Source: Octopus vulgaris
Lineage: Eukaryota
DNA length: 64,000 bases
Direction: 5' to 3'
NCBI GenBank assembly: GCA_951406725.2
Contig: OX597839.1
Span: forward strand, 10,230,001 to 10,294,000
Both the position numbers and the translations under genes were made by a program. The notes below the pieces were generated by a model, which was not told the origin of the DNA, searched no databases, and was given only the letters and a program-made list of their open reading frames with translations. Below, piece after piece: positions 1 to 12,046 of this stretch. Every line of letters starts with the position of its first letter. The first letter of the stretch is position 1.

Positions 1-588
1 GAATAGAGTAATGCCACCCAAGGAGTATGTGAGGGTGTGTCTGTGTAGTGTTTTCTTTGAAACTTGTTAACATCATACACGTGTTCGCTGACAACCCACC
101 CCGGCCCACTACCACATAGCAGCGTTCAGCTCAGCAACCTCCCACCCCACATTCATTCCTGTAAATGGTGTTTGTGAGAGGGTGTAGGGTGGGTGGGTGT
201 GGGTGGGGATGGGGAATGCTAGTGGAAAACGGGGTAAATAACAACAACAACAACAACAACAACAGCAACATCGTAAACATGAAGAAACATACACATCAAC
301 AACGTATACATTAACATTTAACATCCAACAGCAACACACAAACAAACAAGCAAACAAACAGAAACAAGAGAGAAGTTAACAGCGACAACAAAACACAAGA
401 GCTTAAAAAACAAAGCATGAAGACTTGTAGGAGAAAAATAAATTACATACGTCAGCTAACCAGGTCTCCTCCTCCTCCTCCTCCTCCTCCTCCTCCTCCT
501 ACTCCGCCCTCGCCGTACCCTTCCCCACCCCTACACGGATTTATCGTACAACGACTTGCTTCAACCAACCCTATCGAGGGTGCATATG

Positions 589-624
589 TATATACATACA
601 TACATACATACATACATACATACA

Positions 625-656
<32 letters not shown>

Positions 657-1180
657 CACATATGTGTGTGTTTGTGTGTTTGCGTCCGTATTTATGTATA
701 CATGTATATGTATATATATATATATACATATACAAATATATGTACATGTATACATACATATATCCATACATACATATACACATACCTATATCTCTATACA
801 TACACACACACACACGCACACATATATTGATATATATATTCACACATACATATAACTACATATGTAAACATGTATATATACATCCATACATACATATTTA
901 TGTATGTATAACTATATATATATATATATAAACTCATACACATACACACATACACACACATACATATATATATACACACACATATATAGATATATAGATA
1001 TATACATACACATATATATACATATATACATACATACATACATACACACATACGTATATATGTGTATATACTCACGCACACACATATGTATATATACATC
1101 TATACATATACAAACATACGCACATACACAGATACACACACATACACACACATACACACACGCACACACAAACATAGCCG
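589..1180. repeat. Compound (CATA)n/(TA)n/(CA)n microsatellite field
   Basis: Seen directly. Representative of dozens of similar arrays across the window. Confidence 0.95.
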
Positions 1181-1403
1181 CACATTACATGTAAGCAAGG
1201 GACATAGTACATCTCCCCCTGCAAAACGACCCCCGTCCCATCCACCACGACCACCCCGCCTAACCACATAACAAAAGAATGAATAAAATTGTGAGGAATC
1301 GTTCACTCGGAAATAGTTTCTTTTATCTTTTCAGGTTATTTTAATAACTTAGCGGCGGTTTGGTCCCCCTGGCAACTTCTCAACGAACACTGCATACTTC
1401 TGG

Positions 1404-1459
<56 letters not shown>

Positions 1460-1484
1460 ACACACGCACACATATATATATATT

Positions 1485-1535
<51 letters not shown>

Positions 1536-1582
1536 ATTTCCATATATACACATATATGTACGTATGAATGTATTTATATATG

Positions 1583-1615
<33 letters not shown>

Positions 1616-1821
1616 GTATATATGTATGTATGTATATATATTTGTATGTTTGTATGCATGTATATATATACATAACTATATATGTATGTAGATATGTATA
1701 TATATAACTGCATTTATATATACACATACATATTCATACGTATATATATGTATATATACATGTATATACATGTGTGTATATATATATACATATATTCACA
1801 CGTACATATATATATGTATAT

Positions 1822-1872
<51 letters not shown>

Positions 1873-2366
1873 TTCACACGTACATATATATATGTATATA
1901 TACATGTATATATATGTATATATATATGTATACACACATATATGTATATGTGTGTGTGTGTGTTTGTGTAAGCGCGCGTGCACGCATACACAAATATATA
2001 CACATACATATCTATAAGTTCTTTGGTGCCCTCAACTACTCCTTGATGGAATCGTAGGGGCGCCGTTATGACATACAGTGTGTCTTAAGGGATTTTCTTA
2101 AGCCTTTGCGGAACCTGTCCTTCTTCCCGTCTGATCATAACCGATTCTTTGTTGAAAGAGAGACAGAAAGAGACAGAAAGAGAAACATCTAACTCAGTAG
2201 ATGACAGGTACTCAGTTTAAAAATACTTAGCGGAAATGCAAACTTGATCTTTGCGGGAGCCTGATCGATTACCATAAAATCATCTATCTGGCCCTCTGAC
2301 TACTTTGCTAAATACCCGTTTTTACACACGTACATACATACATGCATACATACATACATACATACA

Positions 2367-2397
<31 letters not shown>

Positions 2398-2620
2398 CAA
2401 CCCGCTTGGAGCAAAGTATGGCACTTGGGATCTTGGGGAAAGAATGCAAGTCTTTAATTCATGCGCTACGAATGATCACGATATCTGGGACTTTAAGAGT
2501 CTGTAAGACCTTCTTAAGTTTGAAAGGATGGTGGCTAAAACCAGATACTTTCCTTCACAACCTAGCTACCAAGTAGGTGGCCGGTCAAAATTCATTCAAA
2601 ATTAAAAAGAGAAAGAGAAC
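2398..2620 (+). mobile_element. 3' end fragment of a REL-endonuclease non-LTR retrotransposon (diverged second copy of 3398-3597)
   Basis: caacccgcttggagcaaagtatgg...atcacgatatctgggact...gaaaggatggtggctaaaac...ggccggtcaaaatt aligns by eye with 3398-3597. Sits inside a (CATA)n array. Confidence 0.6.
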
Positions 2621-2643
2621 ATACATACATACATACATAACTG

Positions 2644-3052
2644 CATCATCATCATCATTGTTCGACCGTGGTCGAGACAATGGAATTTACTATGCTACGC
2701 CAGACTTCACGGTCCATCATAGCATTACGGAGGTCCTGTTGCTGGATGTCTGTATCCCTGGAGATTACATCAGGGTAGGAGAGTGTGCGCCCCCTAGAAT
2801 CGCGAGTAGATGGCTTCCAGAGGAGAAGAGTAGAAATTGCCTCGTTTTCTGCTCTACAACAATGTCCAGCAAACTGGACTCTCCTACCTTTCACAAGAGA
2901 TGACACAGGTGGTAGTTTTCCATATATTTGTATTTTGGTTGGATGACGCTTCCACGAGAGATTTTGAGCTCTCATAAGGAGGCGAGTGTAAGTTCCATCC
3001 AACCGCCTCTCGAGCTTCTTTGATAACGTCCAGATTTCCGAGCCATATAGTA
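2644..3052 (-). mobile_element. RTE-clade LINE, 5'-truncated 3' end
   Basis: ORF 2655..3071 reads LYGSEIWTLSKKLERRLDGTYTRLL...RRVQFAGHCCR...DREVWRSIV, a typical RTE C-terminus. A short (TGA)n tail follows the stop codon. Confidence 0.85.
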
Positions 3053-3069
3053 CATACATACATAAATGC

Positions 3070-3597
3070 ATGATGCTGTGGCCAGAACGATCTGGAATAG
3101 AATAACACCTACAGACTATGTGGACTATATTGAGACTAATGAGTGAAAAGAATATTAGTGGAACTTATAGAGTAAAACAGTCACCAAGTTAAAATGCAGA
3201 TGGCCTGATATTGTGGCGTGGGATCAGAAGAAGATATGTTCTGTTGTGGAAACTAGCTGCCATCTGGACATCAATTGGTTTCGAAAAATACGAGAGAAAG
3301 AGAGCATCTATGGGCCATTAAGAAGGAGTTTGCAAATCCAAAACCCAAGATACACTTTCAGTTTCATACTTATTATCGGAGTAACAGAATACATACCAAC
3401 CCGTCTGGAGCAAAGTATTGTTGAACCTAGGTTCTTGGAGACAGAATGCAAATCTTTGATTCATGTGTACGAATGATCACGATATCTGGGACTATAAAAA
3501 TCTGCAAGGCTTTCTTAAGATTGAAAGGGTGGTGGTTAAAACAAGATGTTTGGCGGCCGGTCAAAATTTACTTTAGATTAAGAAGAGAAAGAGAAGA
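3070..3597 (+). mobile_element. Non-LTR retrotransposon remnant with restriction-like endonuclease (R2/NeSL/R4-type)
   Basis: Reads WPDIVAWDQKKICSVVETSCHLDIN...EKESIYGPLRRSLQ, a PD..D / E.SC..D.N / EK..Y REL pattern. Degenerate. Confidence 0.6.
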
Positions 3598-3626
3598 ATA
3601 TATATACACATTTACATACAGATACA

Positions 3627-3664
<38 letters not shown>

Positions 3665-3997
3665 TGGGCTTCTTTCAGCTTCCGTCTGTTAAATCCACTG
3701 TCGAGGTTTTGGTCGGTCCCGAGGCTATCGTAAAAGACACTGAACCCGGAAGCATGCGTTGGGATGCAAGCTTTTTACCATACACCCAAACCATCGTCAA
3801 TTCTAGACATCATTTCCCTGACTATCAATGTTGACGGTGGTACAGGAAAGGTTTAGCAGTTTCAGCCTTCCCATAATATCTAGCTTTATGGATTCACAAC
3901 GAATGGTTTTAGTTCACACACTGTCGGCAAGATAGTTGTAAAGTAGTTAATCGTTTGGCCCTGCTACCACTGCTGATACAGTAGCTAGATGAATGTT

Positions 3998-4382
3998 GTG
4001 GAGGCGCAATGGCCCAGTGGTTAGGGCAGTGGACACGCGGTCATAGGATCGCGGTTTCGATTCCCAGACCGGGCGTTGTGAGTGTTTATTGAGCGAAAAC
4101 ACCTAAAGCTCCACGAAGCTCCGGCAGGGGATGGTGGTGATCCCTGCTGTACTCTTTCACCACAACTTTCTCTCACTCTTACTTCCTGTTTCTGTTGTAC
4201 CTGTATCTCAAAGGGCCGGCCTTGTCACTCTCTGTGTCACGCTGAATATCCCCGAGAACTACGTTAAGGGTACACGTGTCTGTGGAGTGCTCAGCCACTT
4301 ACACGTTAATTTCACGAGCAGGCTGTTCCGTTGATTCGGATCAACCGGAACCCTCGTCGTCGTAACCGACGGAGTGCTTCCA
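3998..4382 (+). mobile_element. tRNA-derived SINE, family C, full length
   Basis: Head GGAGGCGCAATGGCCCAGTGGTTAGGGCAG (A box) ... GGTTTCGATTCCC (B box). Homologous to 29429-29790, 22978-23273 and 32172-32443. Confidence 0.9.
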
Positions 4383-4546
4383 TCCAGATCGATGTTAGAC
4401 ATAAAACAACCCGTTGTTCTGTCGTCCTTCTCCTTCAGCTTTGCCTTCCGTCCAAAATTATGCTCGCCAAACTTGGATTTAACTTCGTTTCGGAGTACCA
4501 TTATGATTTTAGAGACTGTGCCTCTCTAAACATTAAACAATTCAAC

Positions 4547-4705
4547 AGTGGCTGTGTGGTAAGTAGCTTGCTTGCCAACCACATGGTTCTGGGTTCAGAC
4601 CTACTGCGTGGCACCTTGGGCAAGTGTTTCCTACTATAGCCTCGGGCCGACCAAAGCCTTGTGAGTGGATTTGGTAGACGGAAACTGAAAGAAGCCCGTC
4701 GTATA

Positions 4706-4763
<58 letters not shown>

Positions 4764-5062
4764 GGAGTAAACACATAAATGTGAAACAAGGTGGAAAAAA
4801 GAGTACTCAAATACCAGTGGTAGAGTAATATGCTTTATTTAAAGCACCAGAAAATTCAACAAAACCTGTTACTCTGAGTTTCCCGTTGCCGTTCATCGGA
4901 CAGATTTTGCTAGAAAAAACTGTCCGATGAACGGCAACGGGAAACTCAGAGTAACAGGTTTTGTTGAATTTTCTGCTGCTTTAAATAAAGTATATATATG
5001 TGTGTGTGTGTGTGTGTTTGTCCCCTCAACATCGTTTGACAACCGATGCTGGTGTGTTTACG
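4547..5062 (+). mobile_element. tRNA-derived SINE, family A, interrupted in its internal (TA)n by a mini-element
   Basis: GTGGCTGTGTGGTAAGTAGCTTGCT...GGGTTCAG...CACCTTGGGCAAGTG head/core. The body resumes at about 5010 (tgtttgtcccc...gacaaccgatgctgg). Confidence 0.85.
4762..4990 (-). mobile_element. Minimal-HHR mini-element with 71-bp fold-back (4833-4903 / 4920-4990)
   Basis: Near-perfect inverted arms, each containing CTGT-CCGATGA-ACGGCAACGG-GAAAC-TCAGA-GTA-ACAG. Flanked by TA repeats on both sides. Confidence 0.7.
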
Positions 5063-5894
5063 TTTTCCCCTGCCTCAAACAGAAATATTGTTGTATTTTT
5101 ATCTAATATTCTCAAATAACGTAAGGGGTTATAAAATACACAATAAATAGATATACAGTAAAGAAACAAAATTGCAATTGTTTGTTGATTTTGGTTAAAT
5201 GAGTTGTTAAATAAACAGATAAATATATCCTGTATCTTTTTCTGTAAATCAGATTTAAAATAATTTAAGATGGAGAATTAATGTGAAGAGTGTTGTACGG
5301 ATTTGGATTTGCTGCCAATGCGGAGGGTAAATGAGTACAATAATCGGAGAGAATACATAAGGTTTGTCACGGTAGGGAGGAAGAGAAATGGGGATACATG
5401 TACGGGGACAGAAAGAGCTGAAAGTATATCTCTTGTACTGGACTGTGTGTACAAAACAGAATTCTAAGTTTTATATAATACTGTTTGTGTTACGGTTTTA
5501 TAAACAGAATGAAATATTGTTGTATGTTTATATAATACTGCTAAATAGTGTTAGGGGTTACAAAAGATTATATATGAAGTTTGTAATATAAAACTTGTAA
5601 TCGCTTATAGAAAGGTTTTGATAGGATTAACGTGGTTAAATAAACAAGTAAATATAAATAGGATTTAACATAATTTAGGACAAGGAACTTGTTTGGTAAA
5701 ATGCATAGATTTAGAGTTAGAACTAAAGTGAAGTGTAAATGAGTACAACAAGTAAAAAACAAAAACATGGATGCATCTTGAAGCAGTATGAAACTGAAGT
5801 AAATAGGCAACTAGTAGGGAATACCATCTGTGAAAAAGATAAGGCAAATAAACTGAAATAATTTATTTATACGCCAAATTAAAGAATTCTTGTA

Positions 5895-6347
5895 AGATAT
5901 GCCATAATATACATCTGGAAGATCCTGGAAGGACTTGTCCCAAACTTTGGCTTCGAGAGTTACACAAATACCAGAACTGGGCGCCACTGCATAGTACCAA
6001 GGACTCCAAATTTGCCATCAAGATGTAGGACAAGATATTGTGATAGCCTGGGCTTCAGAGGCCCACAGCTCTTCAATATCCTTCCGAAGGACCTGAGAGA
6101 CCTGCATGGGGTGGATGCAGGTGTCTTTAAAATAAAACTGGACCTCTTCCTGCCAGGTGTCCCAGATGAACCAACTTCACGGCAGGAGGTGCAGATGAGG
6201 GCAGCTGCATCGAACTCTCTCATGCACCAAATGGCAATTGCTAATAAAGCATTCATGAAGTAAAATCATGTAGCAACACCGAATGGCGGTGCCCCAGCAT
6301 AGCCACAGCTCGTGAGCTGAAACTAGGTAAAATATAAAATATAAAAT
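5895..6347 (+). mobile_element. CR1/L2-group LINE, 5'-truncated 3' end
   Basis: Reads RYAIIYIWKILEGLVPN...RGPQLFNILPKDLR...FKIKLDLFLPGVPDEP...ASNSL with a stop at 6263, then a short 3' UTR and (TAAAATA)n tail. Confidence 0.8.
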
Positions 6348-6624
6348 ATATATATAAATATAACAAATTTTGAGGCTTGAATTATAAAAGAGATTAAGTG
6401 CGAGGAGAATAAGAATTTTGAAGATAATATTCGTATATAATAATCGTCAGTGATTACGTTATATTTGAATTACAGGGTTGCATTGTAGGAGGTAGGAATA
6501 GGGGAATTAGAGGGAATGTAAAAGGCGAGAGGATTTAAGCCATAATACTCATGTTATGAATCTTTACATAAGTGGTTACATTAATGTCTCTCTCTTCACT
6601 CTCCCACTCTCTCTGTCTTTTCAT

Positions 6625-6788
6625 GATAGATCGTTTGCCACTACACACATTTTTTTCTGTGTCCTTTTCTGTAGAAGAGCGTAGGCTCGAAACGTAAAAG
6701 ACTTTTTATATTCCTGAGCGTTATACTAATACATCTGTTTGTTTTGTACACCACCTGTCTTCGTCTTTTGTTTTTCGTAAACTCTCCC
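6625..6788 (+). mobile_element. Minimal-HHR-like mini-element ending in (TA)n
   Basis: CTTTT-CTGTAGA-AGAGCGTAGGCTC-GAAAC-GTA-AAAG followed by a conserved tail (ctgagcg..actaatac..cacctgtcttcgtcttttg). Same family as 10955, 11540, 49800 and 56630. Confidence 0.65.
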
Positions 6789-7183
6789 TATATATATATA
6801 TATATATATATATACAAGATCAGGAAATCCGAGTGTAGGAAGTTCGTGAGCTTCAAGCAGTGAGTGAATGTCAAGTATATACATGTATATATATATATAT
6901 ATAATACAAATAGGTTTCAAAGAGAAAAGTAACTACACGTGGTATGAATAGGGAAAAGTAAAAAGAAAAAAATAGAGAAAATGCACATTGGATATAAAGA
7001 ATAAAGGCTTTTTTTTTTTATGAAAAGTAACGATATAAATATATAATTGGATGAACTGAGGTAGAATCATGAGGTATAAAATTCATTATTTTGAATTATT
7101 AAAGAGATTCAAAGTTATACGGGTATCGTCAAAAGCTGTTCGCTGACTTTGAATGAGCTCATTAATGAGCTCATCCTCATATG

Positions 7184-7612
7184 GGATCTTTTCGGTTTGA
7201 CCGGCAGTTTTTAAAAATAATTTCCACGTAACTAAACACTTTTAAACTTCGTATACTGGTTGAAGGTGTTTATAAAACATCTTTTCCTCTTGGCTTTCTT
7301 GAAAAAATTCTGTAGTTTGTAAGATATTTGTTGTTGTTTTTTCTTCAATTTCTGCAATTTCAACCAGTCAATGATGTCTATTGAGGTGAAAACATTCTGT
7401 GCCGTATGAATATGTCCGTCGTTTAAGAAACAGATTGGGTTTATTTATATTTCTGAAGAAAAATGATACCCTTCCCCCCATCCCTAACCCTAACTCTAAA
7501 CCTAACCCTAAAACAGATTGAAATGCAATAGATCGATACTAGGGTCATACTTATGGGTGACAATTTCATATGACATCGCTAGAAAAAACTGCCGTTCAAA
7601 CCGAAAAGATCC
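7184..7612 (+). mobile_element. MITE with about 28-bp TIRs (GGATCTTTTCGGTTTGAACGGCAGTTTT), Merlin-like
   Basis: TIRs at both ends, an 8-bp TSD ctcatatg, and internal (CCCTAA)n. GG termini with an 8-bp TSD fit Merlin; the superfamily call is inference. Confidence 0.85.
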
Positions 7613-8412
7613 CTCATATGTTCTTAAAAGAACATATGAGAACAGTATTTTTTGTCTACATATAGACCTATTTGTCTTTTCCAAATATCGGTAAACCCGC
7701 TTAACCCTGTACAAATCCTACGCTAGCATCTTCATCTAAATAATCCCATTTAGCCGGGAACCACTTAATTTACCTACGCTCAAACATTCACCTTCCAACC
7801 CCCACTCGCTTTACATTCCCCCATAATAATTTTTTTTTTACATCTATACAAGGCTTCCTCCAGTGTTGTTGCGTTTAAGTCCCCGTAACATAGCCGTTCG
7901 GCAAAAGAGCCCGATAAAATAAGTGCCAAATTAAAAAATGTCTTTTTTTTTTGCCGGGGGCGGGGGTGGGTTGGGGTGGGTCGATTGATTTGACTAAAAA
8001 TTCTTTCAGCTGGTGCTCCAGCATAGCCGCAGTCTAATGACTGAAACATGAACAAAAAAAAAAGAAAAAAAAAAGAGAAGATAAAAGGGAAAAGATATTT
8101 TCGTCGATTTCCGCTCTTTCTGCAGACATCACCAGCGGCGAATGACGGAGACGGAAGTTTCCAAGGAAAATTCTATGAAATCAAAAATAGAATAAAATAA
8201 AATAAATTGTCAGTCTATCAACAGAAGGAAATATTTAGCGATGATGACAAGTTTGGTGTAAATTCCCAGAATTCCGTTTTGTAGTTCCTTGTCAATGGGA
8301 GCTGATTAACAAAAACTGATGGTTTACCACCGGAACTCACCTCTTTATCGTCTCAGTATCACTACTCCGTCACTACGACCAAGCCTTTCTTCTCTCTCTC
8401 TCTCTCTCTCTC

Positions 8413-8740
8413 GACCACCACCGCCGCCATCACCACCAAAGCTACAACTACCACGACGACCACCACCACCATTACCACAACCATCATCACCACCACCACC
8501 ACAACTATCACCGCCGCCACCACCACCACCACCACCACCACCACCACCACAACCATCACCACCACCACAACCATCACCACCACCACAACCATCGCCACCG
8601 CCACCACCACCACAACCATCGCCACCGCCGCCACCATGACCACTACCATCTCCACCGCCGCCGCTGCCGCCACCACCACCACCACCACCACCACCATCAC
8701 AACCATCACCACCTCCTCCGTTGAGGCTACCACCACCAAC
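8413..8740. repeat. (CCA)n/(CCG)n degenerate trinucleotide array
   Basis: Seen directly. Source of the poly-P, poly-G and poly-V ORFs. Confidence 0.9.
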
Positions 8741-8780
8741 ATTAGCCACTACTCTAAGCGCACCATTGTGCGTGTTTGTA

Positions 8781-8819
<39 letters not shown>

Positions 8820-9132
8820 CTCACAGACACGCAGTGTATCCCACCAAGTGAAATCCTATCACGCCCACCACCAATTTCTTGCCCCCTACCCTCCACCCAT
8901 CTCTGTAAACAATCCCATAATTTGGACAGCTCTGGTAATTGGAATCGTGTATCTATCTCTTCACAAAATAAAACTCTAAAAGTACCATCCAACACACACA
9001 CAAGCACGCACACGCACGCACAAACACGCACGCACACACACACACGTACACATTCATATACATGCCCACAGACATGCATATGCACTAATATATATTCACA
9101 TTTCTTATATATATACTTATACACACATACAC

Positions 9133-9171
<39 letters not shown>

Positions 9172-9248
9172 GGAGTATAGATATATTTATCATTCTTTTT
9201 ATATTTTTTGGATAAAAAAAAATTAAATTTTATATATATATATATATA

Positions 9249-9705
9249 CTAGCAGTATCGCCCGGCGTTGCTCGGGTTTGTAAGGGAAATAACTATATAG
9301 CTTTTTTAGAGAGTTACTTGTATAGATGCCAATCGGGCTTTCTTAGCCATTTCTGTTTTGGTGTCTTCAAGCCATGAAGTCGTTGTTCTAAAAGAACGCT
9401 GGTCTCCTTGACAACGCATTACGACGTTGTACAGTACATCACGAGGGAGGGAAGAAGGGGGAGAAGCAAACACAGGTGCAGGTGTTTATATCGACACACG
9501 AAAAATTATGCATTAAAATGGAATAAAAAATTATGTTAAATTATTTTTAAAATCGTAGACTCATCGTAGATAGCCAGACGGGCTCGATATTAATCACGAC
9601 TATAAGATACCCGAATTTGGTTATGCACCGCAAAATGTGGGAGGAGTTAGGAATCTAAATCGTAGGAGACAGACACTCACACAACTACAGTTTTATATAT
9701 ATAGA
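9249..9705 (-). mobile_element. Non-autonomous Helitron
   Basis: The minus strand begins TCTATATATATAAAA and ends with hairpin CCCGAGCAACGCCGGG + CGATACTGCTAG. Inserted between A and T, with no TSD. Confidence 0.8.
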
Positions 9706-9799
9706 TATATTATATTAATTATATTTATATTATTTGTTATTTATGTATTGGTTTATATCATGATATAGTGGCTTTATAATTCATATTTTATATCTCTCT

Positions 9800-9965
9800 T
9801 TTATAGTCATTTACTATGAGCACCGCCTTTAGTATCGACCCCGGACTTATTCTTTGTAAGCCCAGTACTTATTCTATCGGTCTCTTTTGCCGAATAATGA
9901 CGGGGACGTAAACACACCACCATCGGTTGTATGCTAGGGGGACAAACACAGACACACAAACACAT

Positions 9966-9996
<31 letters not shown>

Positions 9997-10095
9997 GGCT
10001 TCTTTCAGTTTCCGTCTACCAAATATCACAAGGCATATATACTTGCCCAAGATGCCACGCAGTGGGACTGAACCCAGAACCATATATACCACACA

Positions 10096-10100
<5 letters not shown>
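9800..10100 (-). mobile_element. SINE family A, internally deleted copy
   Basis: gagcaccgcctttag...ttattctttgtaagcccagtac...cttgcccaagatgccacgcagtgggactgaaccc. Confidence 0.8.
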
Positions 10101-10159
<59 letters not shown>

Positions 10160-10162
10160 TGT

Positions 10163-10206
<44 letters not shown>

Positions 10207-10647
10207 TGTATATATGAAAACGCAAGATTAGCATGATATGAAAATAGGTGACAATTGCATATTGAGTCCATAATCCGGAAATGTTTCACTTAAACATGTG
10301 TGTCTGTTTGTGCGCGCGTGCGCGTATGAGTGTGTGCATGTAAATATGTGTAAGCGTGTGTGTGTACGTATGTATGTATGTAGTTAACGACTGAGGATGA
10401 GAAGAATGAAATGAAAGAAGCGCAGGTTTTATGTGTGTGGTAACAAGTTTGCTTCCCAACTACATGGTTCCAGGTTCAGTCCCACTGTGCAACACCTTAG
10501 GTAAGTGTCCTCTACTATAGCCCCAGGCCTCATGAGTGGATTTGCCTGACTGAAACTGTAAAGAAGCCTGTCGTGCTGCTGTTGCTGGAATAATAATATC
10601 GATAAAGTGACATGATGTGTTAATTTATATTTCATATAATTTATATC

Positions 10648-10920
10648 TTTATTGCCCACAGGGGGTTAAACATAGAGGGGACAAACAACGACAGACGAAG
10701 GGATTAAGTTGATTACATCGTCCCCAGTGCGTAACTGGTACTTAATTTATCAACCCCGAAAGGATGAAAGGCAAAGTCGACCTAGGCGGAATTTGAACTC
10801 AAAACGCAACGGCAGGCGAAATACCTATTTCTTTACTACCCCAAGGGGATAAACACATAGAGGACAAACAAGGACGGACAAACGGATTAAGTCGATTATA
10901 ACGCCCCCCCGTGCGTAACT

Positions 10921-10924
<4 letters not shown>
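10648..10924 (-). mobile_element. SINE family B, two nested partial copies
   Basis: gtaactggtacttaatttatc..ccccgaaaggatgaaaggcaaagtcgacct..ggaatttgaactc core. Confidence 0.8.
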
Positions 10925-10954
<30 letters not shown>

Positions 10955-10957
<3 letters not shown>

Positions 10958-11123
10958 TTGTTTCTCTCCGTGTTTCTTTTCTGTGTATCTTTCTGTTGAA
11001 GAGCGTAGGCTCGAAACGCAAAAGACTTGTTTTATTTATATTCCTGAGCGCCATACTAATACAATTGTTTGTTTGTACTCCACCTGCCTTCGTCTTTTGT
11101 TTATTTTCATAAAGCTTCCCGTT
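10955..11123 (+). mobile_element. Minimal-HHR-like mini-element in (TA)n
   Basis: CTTT-CTGTTGA-AGAGCGTAGGCTC-GAAAC-GCA-AAAG, flanked by (TA)n on both sides. Confidence 0.65.
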
Positions 11124-11712
11124 ATATATATATATATACACACACAGGCAACACGCATAAACATACGCAACATGCATAAATAAAGATAACTTTCTCCCAT
11201 AAACATACACTATAGACATGCACACAATTTGGTCACACACATACACATGTGCACACATCACTTGAAAAAAGCACACATCAACTGCTATACACAAGATACA
11301 CATGCACTCCTTACACACATACACTCTTTACACACCTACATCAGACTGACTCGCCCTCATTCTCGCATACACACTCACACACACCATTCCCACAAACACA
11401 CACACGCTTGCACACCTTAGTTCGTTGGAATTACCATTACTCTTTTTATTATTATCGCCCTTTCATTCAGCCTCTTTTTATTCAACCTTTTTCGCCAGTT
11501 ATCTCGCCATGTTGGACCGCTGAATTCTACCCAGTTTTTGTCTCTCCATTTTTTTTCATCCTCTCTCCATTTTTTCTCTCTTCTTCCTTTCTGTCGAAGA
11601 CCCGTAGACTTCAGAACGTAAAATATGTCTCTATTTTTTCTCGAGCGTTAAACTAATACACTTGCTTGTTGTTCCTTCACCTGTCTTCGTCTTTTGTTTT
11701 TCGGTAAATTTG

Positions 11713-11777
<65 letters not shown>

Positions 11778-11781
<4 letters not shown>

Positions 11782-11993
11782 ATCCAAACAAGAAAGCACA
11801 AAAAAAAAACACACAACAAGGCGAGGACGTGGAACAAATATAGTATTATTGGACGCTCACGAAAGAAGGGAAGAAGGAGGGTTTAACGTTTCGAGTGGAG
11901 CTCTTCGTCGGAAACATAGGAGAAGGAAAGATCCAGAGAAGGGAAGACAGAGGAAAAAAAAAAGCAAAAAAATCGCCAACGGTACACACGCGG

Positions 11994-11995
<2 letters not shown>
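11778..11995 (-). mobile_element. Minimal-HHR mini-element in (TA)n
   Basis: Minus strand 11915-11881 reads GTTT-CCGACGA-AGAGCTCCACTC-GAAAC-GTT-AAAC. Inverted homolog of 12740-12957. Confidence 0.7.

Positions 11996-12046
<51 letters not shown>

Noticed and set aside
417-2057. Many overlapping ORFs rich in YI, HT or CV dipeptides, here and throughout the window
   Set aside because: They are translations of (TA)n, (CA)n and (CATA)n microsatellites, open in several frames on both strands, with no domain content.
3998-4075. tRNA-like sequences with A and B boxes (also near 22978, 36060 and 45820)
   Set aside because: They continue into multi-copy SINE bodies, so they are SINE heads rather than tRNA genes.
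8319-9215. Extensin-like poly-Pro and Gly-rich ORFs
   Set aside because: They come from a (CCA)n array fused to (CA)n and (TA)n, with no splice or codon evidence.
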